A stretch of DNA of 29,717 nt from Candidatus Sulfobium sp. Its GTDB lineage: Bacteria; Nitrospirota; Thermodesulfovibrionia; Thermodesulfovibrionales; UBA6898. Shown one piece after another: positions 18,822-27,614 of this stretch (its first letter is position 1; every line of letters begins with the position of its first letter). Below the pieces are notes generated by a model. That model was not told the DNA's origin and ran no database searches. It saw only the letters and a program-made list of their open reading frames with translations. The stretch is taken from NCBI GenBank assembly GCA_037380845.1, contig JARRRI010000023.1:10368-40084 (forward strand). The letters are read 5' to 3'. The position numbers and the translations under genes are program-made.

Positions 18822-20074
18822 ATGGCCACATTAAGCGGCATTCTCGAAAGAATAGAAATCAAGAAGAGCGATTATTCGAAGTACAATTTCAGCCAGACCG
18901 AGAACAACGCCCTCAAGACTTTTTTTGACCTTGCGCAGGAGTTCAGCAGCATAACAGATTTCCATATCCTTTGCGTCGCCGTGCCCAGGAGTTTCTTTAA
19001 TCTTGATGCACGCCTCTACCTGGTCGACCCCGGCGCCAAAGGTCTGAGCCTTGCAGCGACCACCGAGAACGGCGCCGCCGGTCTTCGTACGCCTCCCCCG
19101 GCTGATGTCAGGCCCGGCTCCAGCCCCTATTATACCGACAGGAAAAGTCTGGTGCTGACTATCAGGGGGAAAAAATTACTTATGGAGCAGCTGCCTTTCC
19201 GGACGGAAGACGACGTTCTGGGACTGCTTGAATTATTTCCGGTCGACAAGCCGGATTCCCACACCGAACTTTTTTTCGAGAAATACGCCAACCGGATAGG
19301 CTTCAGAATACATAACAAGATCATGGTGGAAAAGAATGTCGAGCACCTGAGGTTCATCAAGAGTCTCGTTGCCGAAAGCTATCGGACCTGGTGAAAACCG
19401 GCAACGCCGGCAGTTCATCACTCGAAAAAGTCCTCAGAGAACTCGCGAACGTCAATTCCGGGTTCGAAGCAGAAATGGAAAACCTCGAAAAACATTACAA
19501 TAACATGACCCTCTTCATAGAAACGCTCTTCCGCAAGAGTCACTTCGATCAGGGCCGTCTCACTCTCCGCACAAAGCCCTGCAACATGAAAAAAGACGTC
19601 GTTCTCCCGCAGATCGAACGATATCTCGATCAGTTCGAAAAGGCCGGAATTTCGATCGACGACAGGCTGAGCGGCATCCCCGACGAAGAGATCATCAATG
19701 TCGTCGATGTGGGTTTGATCTCCCAGGTATATGCAAACCTGTTTTCCAACGCCCTGAAATATACACAGGATGTCCAGACGGATACGGGCGAACGGAAAAA
19801 ATATATAGCTTACGGCCACAGCGTCGTAAAAGACTATTTCGGCCCGGGAAAAAACGGGGTAAAATACAACGTCTTCAGTACCGGTCCTCACATCCCGGAG
19901 CAGGAAAGACCGAACCTTTTTAAAGAGGAATTCCGCGCCTCAAACGCACTTGATATACCCGGCACCGGCCACGGGCTGTCGTTTATCAAGAATGCTATTG
20001 AAATCCACGGCGGCGTTGTGGGCTATGAGGCCACGAAGTACGGGAACAATTTCTATTTTATAATTCCGAAATAA
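18822..20074 (+). pseudogene. Cytoplasmic sensor histidine kinase split into two ORFs (18822..19394 and 19391..20074), H-box apparently missing
   Basis: ORF1 is a GAF-like sensor ending ...HLRFIKSLVA. ORF2 has the HATPase boxes NLFSNALKY, STGPHI and GTGHGL. The frame changes at about 19374 and no H-box is visible. Confidence 0.65.
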
Positions 20075-20175
20075 GTACGGGAGTCAAAACTAAATCTTGT
20101 CCCTGGAAGAGTACAAAAGAAGCAGAAAGAATTGAGCCGCAAAAGGCACGCAATCGTAACCAATCAGATATGGAA

Positions 20176-20296
20176 TCATAACTCCCCATCCCCCTCCCGA
20201 AGCGGGGCTTCGCGAAGGGTCGCTACGACTTATCTTACGAGGGGGACCGGATTTTCACCTCCCCTTAAGTTAAGGGGAGGCTGGGAGGGGTTATGA
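20176..20296. repeat. Composite palindromic repeat (REP/MITE-like)
   Basis: Terminal IR tcataac.cc / gg.gttatga. Perfect palindrome cctccccttaa-g-ttaaggggagg 20258-20280. A ccccctc...gaggggg stem contains an inserted cgaagc/gcttcg hairpin. Confidence 0.7.
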
Positions 20297-21464
20297 ATAT
20301 TGCGGAGAAATCAACCACTTTCAGCGCGAACCTAAGTAATGACACAATAAAAATAAATCCCGCCGCCACATGTGGGCTTATTATACAGGCCCTCCCGCTC
20401 CCTTCCAAACCAGACACCTTGACCCGGACCTCTCCGTATTTTGTGCGGACCTTCCGCACCACTCTCTCCATCGTCATCCTCGAGGCCTCATACCAGCGGA
20501 TGCCTATGCTTGTGGTTTCCCGCAGTATAAGTGCCATCAGGTCCTCCCTCTTGTCTTTTCCGCACAATACGGTCAACCTTACGCCCGGCCTCATCTTTTT
20601 CATGATTACCTGTGTCATGAATACATCGAGGGCCCCTTTAGCGAAGAGACCTTCCGTGAGGTGCCCGTACACCTGGGGATTCATATCGTCTATATTGGTC
20701 TCGATCACCGTCACCGTCTTTCGGTCCTCTTCCCGGTGGGCTGTGCCGATTAGCAATCTCAGCGCATTCGGCCTTCCTGTGATGTCCCTCTTTCCCGCAC
20801 CTGTTCCGATGATCTGAGGCACAAGGGGGGGCAGGCCGTCAAACCCGCATGACAGGCACTTCAATATCGCCGCGCCGGTCGGAGTAGTAAGCTCATGCAG
20901 ATCACCTGAGGAATAGACCGGTATGCCCTTGAGTATCTCGGCCGTTGCCGGGGCCGGCACCGGCAGCAGGCCGTGCTCAGTACTGACAGAGCCGCCCCCC
21001 ACGTTGAGGGGCGATGCGTACACTTTTTCGACACCCAGCAGTTCAAGTCCGGCTAAGGTACCGAATACATCGGCGAGACAATCCACCGCCCCAAGCTCGT
21101 GCAGATGGACTTTTCTGAACGGTTCGCCGTGCACCTTCGCTTCCGCCTCGAAAAGCGTCCTGAATATCCGCTCCCCCTTCCCTTTTATCCCGCTGCTGAA
21201 GGAAGCTTCCCCTATGATGCCGCGTATATCGTCCCATCGTCTCGCCTCCTTCCGCCCCCGGCCGCCCGACTCAAGCACAACGTCCACCTTCGTCGCCGAA
21301 ATACCGCTCCGGGCGACTTTCTTCGCCCTGAGGCGAAAGCCGGTCACCGGCAGCTTCCGCAGTTCCTTCTTCAACTCCTCCAGGGGCACACCGGCGTCCA
21401 CAAGCGCCCCGAGGCACATGTCGCCGCTTATTCCCGAGAAGCAGTCGAAATACGCTATCTTCAT
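20265..21464 (-). CDS. larC: Nickel-pincer cofactor biosynthesis protein LarC (C-terminus apparently replaced)
   Basis: YFDCFSGISGDMCLGAL, AEAKVHG, VHLHELGAVD, GLLPVPAPAT, ELTTPTGAAI, IETNIDDMNP, MKKMRPG, ETTSIGIR. Lacks the usual terminal PEYED motif. Confidence 0.93.
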   Translation of the reverse strand: MKIAYFDCFSGISGDMCLGALVDAGVPLEELKKELRKLPVTGFRLRAKKVARSGISATKVDVVLESGGRGRKEARRWDDIRGIIGEASFSSGIKGKGERIFRTLFEAEAKVHGEPFRKVHLHELGAVDCLADVFGTLAGLELLGVEKVYASPLNVGGGSVSTEHGLLPVPAPATAEILKGIPVYSSGDLHELTTPTGAAILKCLSCGFDGLPPLVPQIIGTGAGKRDITGRPNALRLLIGTAHREEDRKTVTVIETNIDDMNPQVYGHLTEGLFAKGALDVFMTQVIMKKMRPGVRLTVLCGKDKREDLMALILRETTSIGIRWYEASRMTMERVVRKVRTKYGEVRVKVSGLEGSGRACIISPHVAAGFIFIVSLLRFALKVVDFSAIFITPPSLPLT

Positions 21465-21558
21465 TATGCTCCCCCATTCTTCATATGTTCCGCCTTCAGT
21501 TTAGTTACCCTTCATCATAGCCCTCTTCCGGCAGAAGTTTCCTTAAGACAGACTGTCC

Positions 21559-22674
21559 TTACCGGCCGGGAATATCCGGGCTTTCGCCAGGATTCGGGCT
21601 GAACGGGCCGAGCAGCCACAGGTTGTTTCCTGCGGCCACTGCCAGTTTCGTGCCGTCCGGTGACCACTCGGCAAGACTGTTGTGACAACCGGGAAGTACC
21701 TCCTTCCGGTTTTCCCCGTCCGGGTCGACAATCCATCCGCCCAGGTATATCAGGCCGCCTCGCGGATTCCAGGAAGGATAGAGTCCGTAAAGTCCATCGT
21801 CCACATATGTTAAACCCTTCCTAAGGCTGTAGATGTCCATATGCCCGTCGGAGTCCGTGAGGACCGCCATGCTCCCATCGGGCGACCAGTCGGCAGAAAT
21901 ATAACTCTTTCTGACAGCCCGGGGTGTAATCGGCAGTCTCCGGCCTGTCAAGTGATCAATGCCGATCACCCTGGTAAAAGGCCTTGTTGAAACCGGCGGC
22001 TTTACCTGCTCCATGAGGAGGAGAGAATTGCCGACGGGATCAAGTCCGGCATGGAACCATGCGTGAAGCAGGCCGATATTGGGTTGTCTGGTCGGGTAGA
22101 TTATATCTGAATCGTATATTTTTTTCGTCGTCCCGTCCCGCATATCATAAACAAACAGAGAATAGCCGACACTGGTCCCGATAAACATGACCCTGACACG
22201 GGTTTCCAGGAGAAGAACAGTCTTTCCGTCGGTGGAAGTAAAAACAGCGTCCGGATTGATGTCAAGCCTGACCTTTTTTACTTCGAGGCTTCTCGCGCTC
22301 ACCATACACAGAACGTTCCTGCCGTCTTTCTTTGATATGACGAGTATCGTATCGTTATCAAGCCATGACACAAAGACGGGCTTTATATCCACGTGTTTGA
22401 GTTTCCCGTTTAATGTCTCATAGATCTCCAGCATTTTATCTGCGAAAACTATCTTACCGCCGTCGGGAGACCACGCAAAACGACCCGGTTTGGCCATGAC
22501 CCCTTCACCTATCCTGACCGGATGATATCCATCCGGGGGTGCCGCAGCCGAAGCTGCCCTCAAGGGGGCGCCAAGACAGATAATCATGAGTGCCGCCGCC
22601 ACGATCACAGGGAGAAAGCTCCGGCGTGTAACGCTCATAACTTTATCTATATCGTTAGTCTGCATATCGGCCAT
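21559..22674 (-). CDS. Secreted TolB/PD40-like beta-propeller protein with twin-arginine signal
   Basis: AAGGAG SD before ATG 22674. TRRSFL, hydrophobic core and AxA. Repeated WSPDG motifs. Confidence 0.85.
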   Translation of the reverse strand: MADMQTNDIDKVMSVTRRSFLPVIVAAALMIICLGAPLRAASAAAPPDGYHPVRIGEGVMAKPGRFAWSPDGGKIVFADKMLEIYETLNGKLKHVDIKPVFVSWLDNDTILVISKKDGRNVLCMVSARSLEVKKVRLDINPDAVFTSTDGKTVLLLETRVRVMFIGTSVGYSLFVYDMRDGTTKKIYDSDIIYPTRQPNIGLLHAWFHAGLDPVGNSLLLMEQVKPPVSTRPFTRVIGIDHLTGRRLPITPRAVRKSYISADWSPDGSMAVLTDSDGHMDIYSLRKGLTYVDDGLYGLYPSWNPRGGLIYLGGWIVDPDGENRKEVLPGCHNSLAEWSPDGTKLAVAAGNNLWLLGPFSPNPGESPDIPGR

Positions 22675-22858
22675 CTCCTTTCCCTCCATTATATAATAAT
22701 AGTGTTTACAAAATATTCTGATGACCGGGATCATATAGTGACCGGACAACGGCTTTTTCTCGTGCTCTTTTTCCCAGGTGACCCCGAGCTGTCACCGGAA
22801 GAGCGGAATACCTTTTTTTCTATGATATAATTTGACAAAAAGTGGAACAAAGGAAGAT

Positions 22859-23572
22859 ATGGCGGCCGAAACAGTCAATTCTCAGCATGCACGCAACGAC
22901 CCTTTTTCGAACATTTTGAAGAAATTTGCGGCAGGAAAGACCGACAGGTCGTTGCCTGAACGTGAGGTAAAGAAACTGCTCAAGGAAACGGGGCTGTCCA
23001 TACCCAGAGGCGTGTTCATCCCTCGCGGGAAAACAACTCTTTGCCATGAACTTCGGTACCCTCTGGTCGCAAAAGTCTCCTCATCAACGATTTCTTCAAA
23101 GAGCGATGTCGGGGGGGTAGTGGTCGGCATAAACGACCAAAAGAGTCTCGAGAAAACCGTCGCGAGGCTCATGAAAATCGAAAGCGCCGAGGGAGTTTTA
23201 ATTGAGGAGATGGCGCCTCCGGGGGTTGAGGTGATTGTCGGCGGAACCATCGACATGCAGTTCGGGCCTGTCGTGATGTTCGGCCTGGGCGGCATATTCG
23301 TTGAATTGTTCAGGGACGTCGCTTTCGGCCTGGCCCCCATGAACGAAGAAGATGCGATGAGGCTGGCCAAGCAGGTGAAGGGGTACAAACTCCTGGAGGG
23401 CTACAGGGGAAAACAGCCTGTCGATATCAACGGGCTTTTGAAAATAATGGTAACCGTTTCGAAGCTCATGGCGACAGGTCTGATCGAGGAAATGGACCTG
23501 AATCCGGTCGCACTCTACCCCGAAGGGACCATGATACTGGACGCAAAAATGTCACTGCGTGCGGCTGACTAG
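22859..23572 (+). CDS. Acetate/acyl-CoA ligase (ADP-forming) beta-type ATP-grasp subunit
   Basis: YPLVAKVSS, KSDVGGV, GVLIEEM, QFGPVVMFGLGGIFVELFRDV, LLEGYRG, EMDLNPV, ILDAK. Confidence 0.92.
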   Translation: MAAETVNSQHARNDPFSNILKKFAAGKTDRSLPEREVKKLLKETGLSIPRGVFIPRGKTTLCHELRYPLVAKVSSSTISSKSDVGGVVVGINDQKSLEKTVARLMKIESAEGVLIEEMAPPGVEVIVGGTIDMQFGPVVMFGLGGIFVELFRDVAFGLAPMNEEDAMRLAKQVKGYKLLEGYRGKQPVDINGLLKIMVTVSKLMATGLIEEMDLNPVALYPEGTMILDAKMSLRAAD

Positions 23573-24041
23573 TGTCTGAGTATCTGGTGTAATTCCTGCC
23601 TGTTACAGGGTGCTGAAAAAGATATTTTTTCCCTTTTCGTCATTCTCGTGCCGTCGGCAATCCAATTATTTTCCTTACTGTGGCTAGCCCCTCACGAGCG
23701 AGTCATCCACTTCAAGGCGAAAAAGAGAGGGCAGATAACCTGGAGCGGCGGTCAGTGATCAGCTGTCAAGGCGTCGAAGCCAGGGCGCGCTGGACGGTGT
23801 TTTCGGAGACCTGGAGCTTGAGTGCCGTACATCTCCTTTTGTCGAATGTTGGCTTCCTGTACTTGTGCTTATAGTCATCTTGTCGGCAATGAATGATTCA
23901 GGTGGAAATCGCTAGGATGGCGACTTCCTTGATCTCACTTTTTTAAGTCCTAAAGTAAGTGGGAGTTGCGGCTGATACGGGTCTTCACAATATCTTCACG
24001 ATTGTGTGATAAAAATTGGGGACCAAGGTAATCTTGACTAA

Positions 24042-24105
24042 AACCAAATCCTGTGAAGAATTGGCCGAAAAGGCGGTTCTTGAATAAGATGGCCCGGATG
24101 CCGAA
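24042..24105 (+). ncRNA. Degenerate GEMM-I (c-di-GMP-I-like) riboswitch candidate
   Basis: CAAA-tcctgt-GAA...GGCCGAAAAG-gcgg-TTCTT gaat AAGA-TGGC-ccgg-ATGCCGAA follows the GEMM motif order. The 5' GGCA strand is absent. Confidence 0.3.
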
Positions 24106-24289
24106 GGCATTAGACAGGTTTGCAATGCGATAGCCTATCACGGACAGCAGCAAAAATCGGGGCGGGCTTATGGTTCTTTGAAGGGGATTTGCGTGTGAGT
24201 TAGGCCCAATTATCTGGACAGCAGGAACATATGGAAACCACGGGACAAGTTATCTTTGCTAACGGGTAATTTATAGAAAAGGGGGAGAG

Positions 24290-25840
24290 ATGAAAGTATC
24301 TGTTTTTCCTACAAAAATAAACTTGTGTTTGGGTATTCCCCGGGGCGTTATAGTTTTTGTTTTTTCCCTTATGCTGACGGTGATGGCATGCTCGGTACCA
24401 GGCGCGAACGCAGCGACGATTACCGTCTCGAATCTTAACGACAGCGGCGCGGGTTCTCTGCGTCAGGCTATTACAGACGCAATGGCAAGTGGTGCTGCCG
24501 ACGATATTAATTTCAGCGTCAGCGGGACGATTGCCCTGTCCTCTGTGCTCCCTGACATCACTTCAGGAGGCGGCACCCTGACAATTGACGGAACAGGGCA
24601 AACTGTCACCATCAGCGGTAATGATTCAGTTCGAGTGACGGCAGTTGACGTGAATGCATCACTGAGTCTTATTAATTTGACAATTTCTGGCGGTAACTCG
24701 GGAGACGCCGGTGGCATTTACAACTCAGGCACTCTGACAGTCTCTAACTGCACCTTTTCTAACAACACGGTTGAAGGTATCGGTGGCGCTATTGTCAACA
24801 ATGTCGGTGGTGGCAGTGGATCGGGTATTGGTGCGCTGACCATTGCCAACAGCACCTTTGATAAAAATACGGCGAACGAAGATGGCGGCGCTATTTACAA
24901 TAACAATGGCGACGTTACCATTACTAACAGCACCTTTTCCGGCAACAGTGCAGCAGGAAGTGGCGGTAGCATTACAAATTTCGCTACGATGACGGTAATC
25001 AACAGCACCTTTTCCGGCAACAGTGCGGCAGGAAGCGGCGGCGGCATCTACAACGGCTCCGGCACTGTGACACTGCTGAACACGATCGTTTCCAATAGCA
25101 CTTCTGGCGGGAATTGTAGCGGATTGATCACCAACGGCGGCAATAACATTGAAGACGGCACAACCTGTGGCTGGAGTTCGGCAAATGGCTCGATGAGCAA
25201 CACCGACCCATTGCTTGGGCCGCTTGCTGACAATGGCGGTCTAACTCAGACAATGGCGCTGTTGCAAGGAAGTCCGGCCATAGATGCGGCGAATCCGAAC
25301 AACTCCCCTTCCACGGACCAGCGCGGCATTGCGAGGCCGCAGGGAGCAGGACCTGATGTTGGCGCCTATGAATATGGTTCTACTGTGCAGACTTTGCCGA
25401 TGAGTCTCACACTAAACAAGTCTTTTTACACGGTCGGTGACCCCCTGAATGTGGACGTGACCCTTGCTAACCCGGGCAGCCAACTGACCGCGGACGTATA
25501 CTTCGCGATCCTTCTCCCGGCGTCTTCCGGACCGTCGTTTGGCTGTCCCCAGGGGGACGCACTCCTCTTCTTCTCAAACGGAATGACCGGCGCATCCGTC
25601 GTCTGCGCGTCAGACCCGATCCAAAGTTTTCCGCGGACCTTCAAAGGCGTGGCGATCCCGGCAGGCCTTCCGGCAACGAGCGCTAAGAACTTTCTCAGCA
25701 TCGTGTGGCCGCAAGGCGCTCCTGCCGGCGAATATCAGATCTTCATGGTGCTAACGCGGGCCAGTGCCATCCTGGACGGAACCGTCGACCCCGACGATGT
25801 CGTCGGTGTGGCCACGGCAACAATGTTATTGAGCCCTTAG
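24290..25840 (+). CDS. Secreted beta-helix repeat (polymorphic-membrane-protein-like, choice-of-anchor Q) protein
   Basis: Signal peptide, DSGAGSLRQAI, repeated NSTFSGNSA...GGAIYN, DPLLGPLADNGG.TQTMAL..GSPAIDA, TDQRG..RPQG...DVGAYE, plus an extra C-terminal domain. Confidence 0.9.
   Translation: MKVSVFPTKINLCLGIPRGVIVFVFSLMLTVMACSVPGANAATITVSNLNDSGAGSLRQAITDAMASGAADDINFSVSGTIALSSVLPDITSGGGTLTIDGTGQTVTISGNDSVRVTAVDVNASLSLINLTISGGNSGDAGGIYNSGTLTVSNCTFSNNTVEGIGGAIVNNVGGGSGSGIGALTIANSTFDKNTANEDGGAIYNNNGDVTITNSTFSGNSAAGSGGSITNFATMTVINSTFSGNSAAGSGGGIYNGSGTVTLLNTIVSNSTSGGNCSGLITNGGNNIEDGTTCGWSSANGSMSNTDPLLGPLADNGGLTQTMALLQGSPAIDAANPNNSPSTDQRGIARPQGAGPDVGAYEYGSTVQTLPMSLTLNKSFYTVGDPLNVDVTLANPGSQLTADVYFAILLPASSGPSFGCPQGDALLFFSNGMTGASVVCASDPIQSFPRTFKGVAIPAGLPATSAKNFLSIVWPQGAPAGEYQIFMVLTRASAILDGTVDPDDVVGVATATMLLSP
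24926..25047 (+). repeat. Intragenic near-identical tandem repeat, 75-nt period
   Basis: aacagcaccttttccggcaacagtgc(a/g)gcaggaag(t/c)ggcgg at 24926 and 25001. Confidence 0.85.
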
Positions 25841-25852
25841 TGGCCAAATAGA

Positions 25853-25888
25853 GGGCGGTTAGGCACCATGCTTTTCCGCCCCTTTTTT
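25853..25888 (+). terminator. Possible intrinsic terminator
   Basis: gggcgg/ccgccc stem followed by a T6 tract just after the stop. The loop is long. Confidence 0.4.
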
Positions 25889-26198
25889 AGTTATTGCAGA
25901 AAATTCTCGGCAGTTTCTATCCTAAAGACCTGTCATTAAGTCAGTGGATCCGCCACTCTTTGCTTCTTCCTGAAGTCAACCCTGTAGCATTGCTGCCATA
26001 CATGTAAGATTTTTCTCTGAAATAAATGGTCTATGGACATCCAGCCGGAGGAGATTATGTGCATCATTGATAACTACTAGTTAATAAGATAGGGTGAGCA
26101 ACCTTGCGTCTTGCCGACGCTGAGATAACCCATTTGCGACCGCATTTCGATGCGTGATTTAGCCTTTGGCGAGCCACCGACGGTCTGCAAAACCTGTC

Positions 26199-26684
26199 TC
26201 AGGATCCGGCTCGCATGAGTAGCCCGAATATGAGAGCGTGCGACACCAGCAGAGGCGGCACGATCGCTGTTACGATGTAGAATCCGGCACCTAGGTCTCC
26301 GGGCTTCAGACGCACACGTGCCCCTTTATAAAACGCGAACAACAGATCCGTCGCACCCAAAAGGTTGAATATCCACACTGCCGCAATGGCCCACGTAGCC
26401 GTCAAGGCCAACGCCGCTGTGGCTATAATGGCGAGGATGCCCGCGACAAAGTCGCCGTATCCGGCTGGCATTGCCCAGGCTTTCGGCAGCGATTCGGAGA
26501 CAACTCCGGGAACCAAGAAACTGAGTCCAATAAAACGGAGAAACATGTGCGGTGCCACTAACCAGAGCAGGGCTTTTTCGACGTTGGTGCCCTGAAGCCA
26601 TGGCCACACAAAGAGAGAAGCAGCTACGATGGAACTCAGCAGGCTCATTAGAATGCTTAGCCCAAAAGCGGCGCGCGCGTTCAT
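26199..26684 (-). CDS. Hypothetical integral membrane protein
   Basis: About five hydrophobic segments with conserved-looking PHMFLRFIG, PAGYGD, FNLLGATD and VPPLLVSH. ATGA overlap with the upstream gene. Confidence 0.85.
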   Translation of the reverse strand: MNARAAFGLSILMSLLSSIVAASLFVWPWLQGTNVEKALLWLVAPHMFLRFIGLSFLVPGVVSESLPKAWAMPAGYGDFVAGILAIIATAALALTATWAIAAVWIFNLLGATDLLFAFYKGARVRLKPGDLGAGFYIVTAIVPPLLVSHALIFGLLMRAGS

Positions 26685-27049
26685 CGCCCGCCTCCCGGCG
26701 CCGACTTTCCGAAATCGGGCGCCTTCGCCTTGAGTTCCTTGAGTCGAGGCAGCAGAGAATGCATGCGGTCATCGAATGTGGTAAGCGGAATGACTTGAGT
26801 CTCCATACGCGACCAAATGGGGAGACTTGCAATCAAATCATCCAATTCACGTGCCGACTCAGCACTAACGATTAGCACGAGGGCCACGGCGCCGCTCACA
26901 GGTCCCCCTGCGAGGATCTTCTTCTCATCCTGCAACTTCTTGCATAGCTTAAGCGTTGGAAAGATGAACTTCTCAATAAAGTCAATCCCGTCGTTCTCAC
27001 TCATTGGACGTGCCGCACTACTCAGTTGCATTTGGACCAGATATTGCAT
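26681..27049 (-). CDS. Muconolactone-isomerase/YciI-like dimeric alpha-beta barrel protein
   Basis: MQYLVQM...KILAGG...LIVSAESARELDDLIASLPIW...TQVIPL pattern. AGGAGG SD. Confidence 0.78.
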   Translation of the reverse strand: MQYLVQMQLSSAARPMSENDGIDFIEKFIFPTLKLCKKLQDEKKILAGGPVSGAVALVLIVSAESARELDDLIASLPIWSRMETQVIPLTTFDDRMHSLLPRLKELKAKAPDFGKSAPGGGR

Positions 27050-27331
27050 AATGCCTCCTGTTTTTGATCTCTACCTCTCGAGCGGTGTCATGATATGTCG
27101 TTGCTATCGTAGCCAGCTCGCCTTCCTTACTTGACTCATTTTAGCCTGCTCGGCAGGTCACAGCAACCGCAAGGGCGGGCACAGTCCTCGGTAGTCACTA
27201 CTTCTTCCTGGAACTGACACTCTCCTGCCAGGCATGAGAAATATCGCTTTCGAATGGAAATCATTGTTGGTTAAGTCTCCCAGAGCAGGGTGCCGAGATC
27301 GGGGGAAAGGTCTTGAATCGATACCTCTCCT

Positions 27332-27514
27332 ATTGCCTCAAACAGAAATCGATACGAAACGATATACGTTGCCTCACGGGAAAATCGATACCAAATCAGC
27401 TCCATTTTACCATTGAAGATGGGGAGCGCAGAAGGTGACTTCACCAGATGCCGTAGGATCGATTTCTTATTTGAGGCAACGATTCACTTTCGTATCGTTT
27501 TTCAGTGAGGCAAT
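27332..27514. repeat. ~60-bp imperfect inverted repeat built from TTGCCTCA...ATCGATAC units
   Basis: Arm 27332-27391 matches the reverse complement of 27456-27514. Each arm holds two units (36- and 34-bp periods). Confidence 0.8.
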
Positions 27515-27614
27515 TCGCCTCTTTGATTTTACATTTTCATTTCATATAATGAGATATAACAACGGTCCTTTCAGTTCCTGGGGCAGGGACTATGTCGGGA
27601 AAAGGGGGATTCTC

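Noticed and set aside
21505..21558. In-frame VLRKLLPEEG after the propeller gene stop, suggesting an eroded SHOCT-like tail or read-through
   Set aside because: The stop is TAA and the similarity is too weak to support.
23766..23900. Minus-strand ALKLQVSENTVQRAL, an HTH-like fragment
   Set aside because: Too short and without supporting context to call a transposase or regulator remnant.
25858..25864. GTTAGGC integron attC core-like site
   Set aside because: No matching RYYYAAC inverse core upstream and no integrase.
27316..27514. CRISPR array interpretation of the repeated motifs
   Set aside because: The units are short, degenerate and inverted rather than tandem with unique spacers. No cas genes are present.
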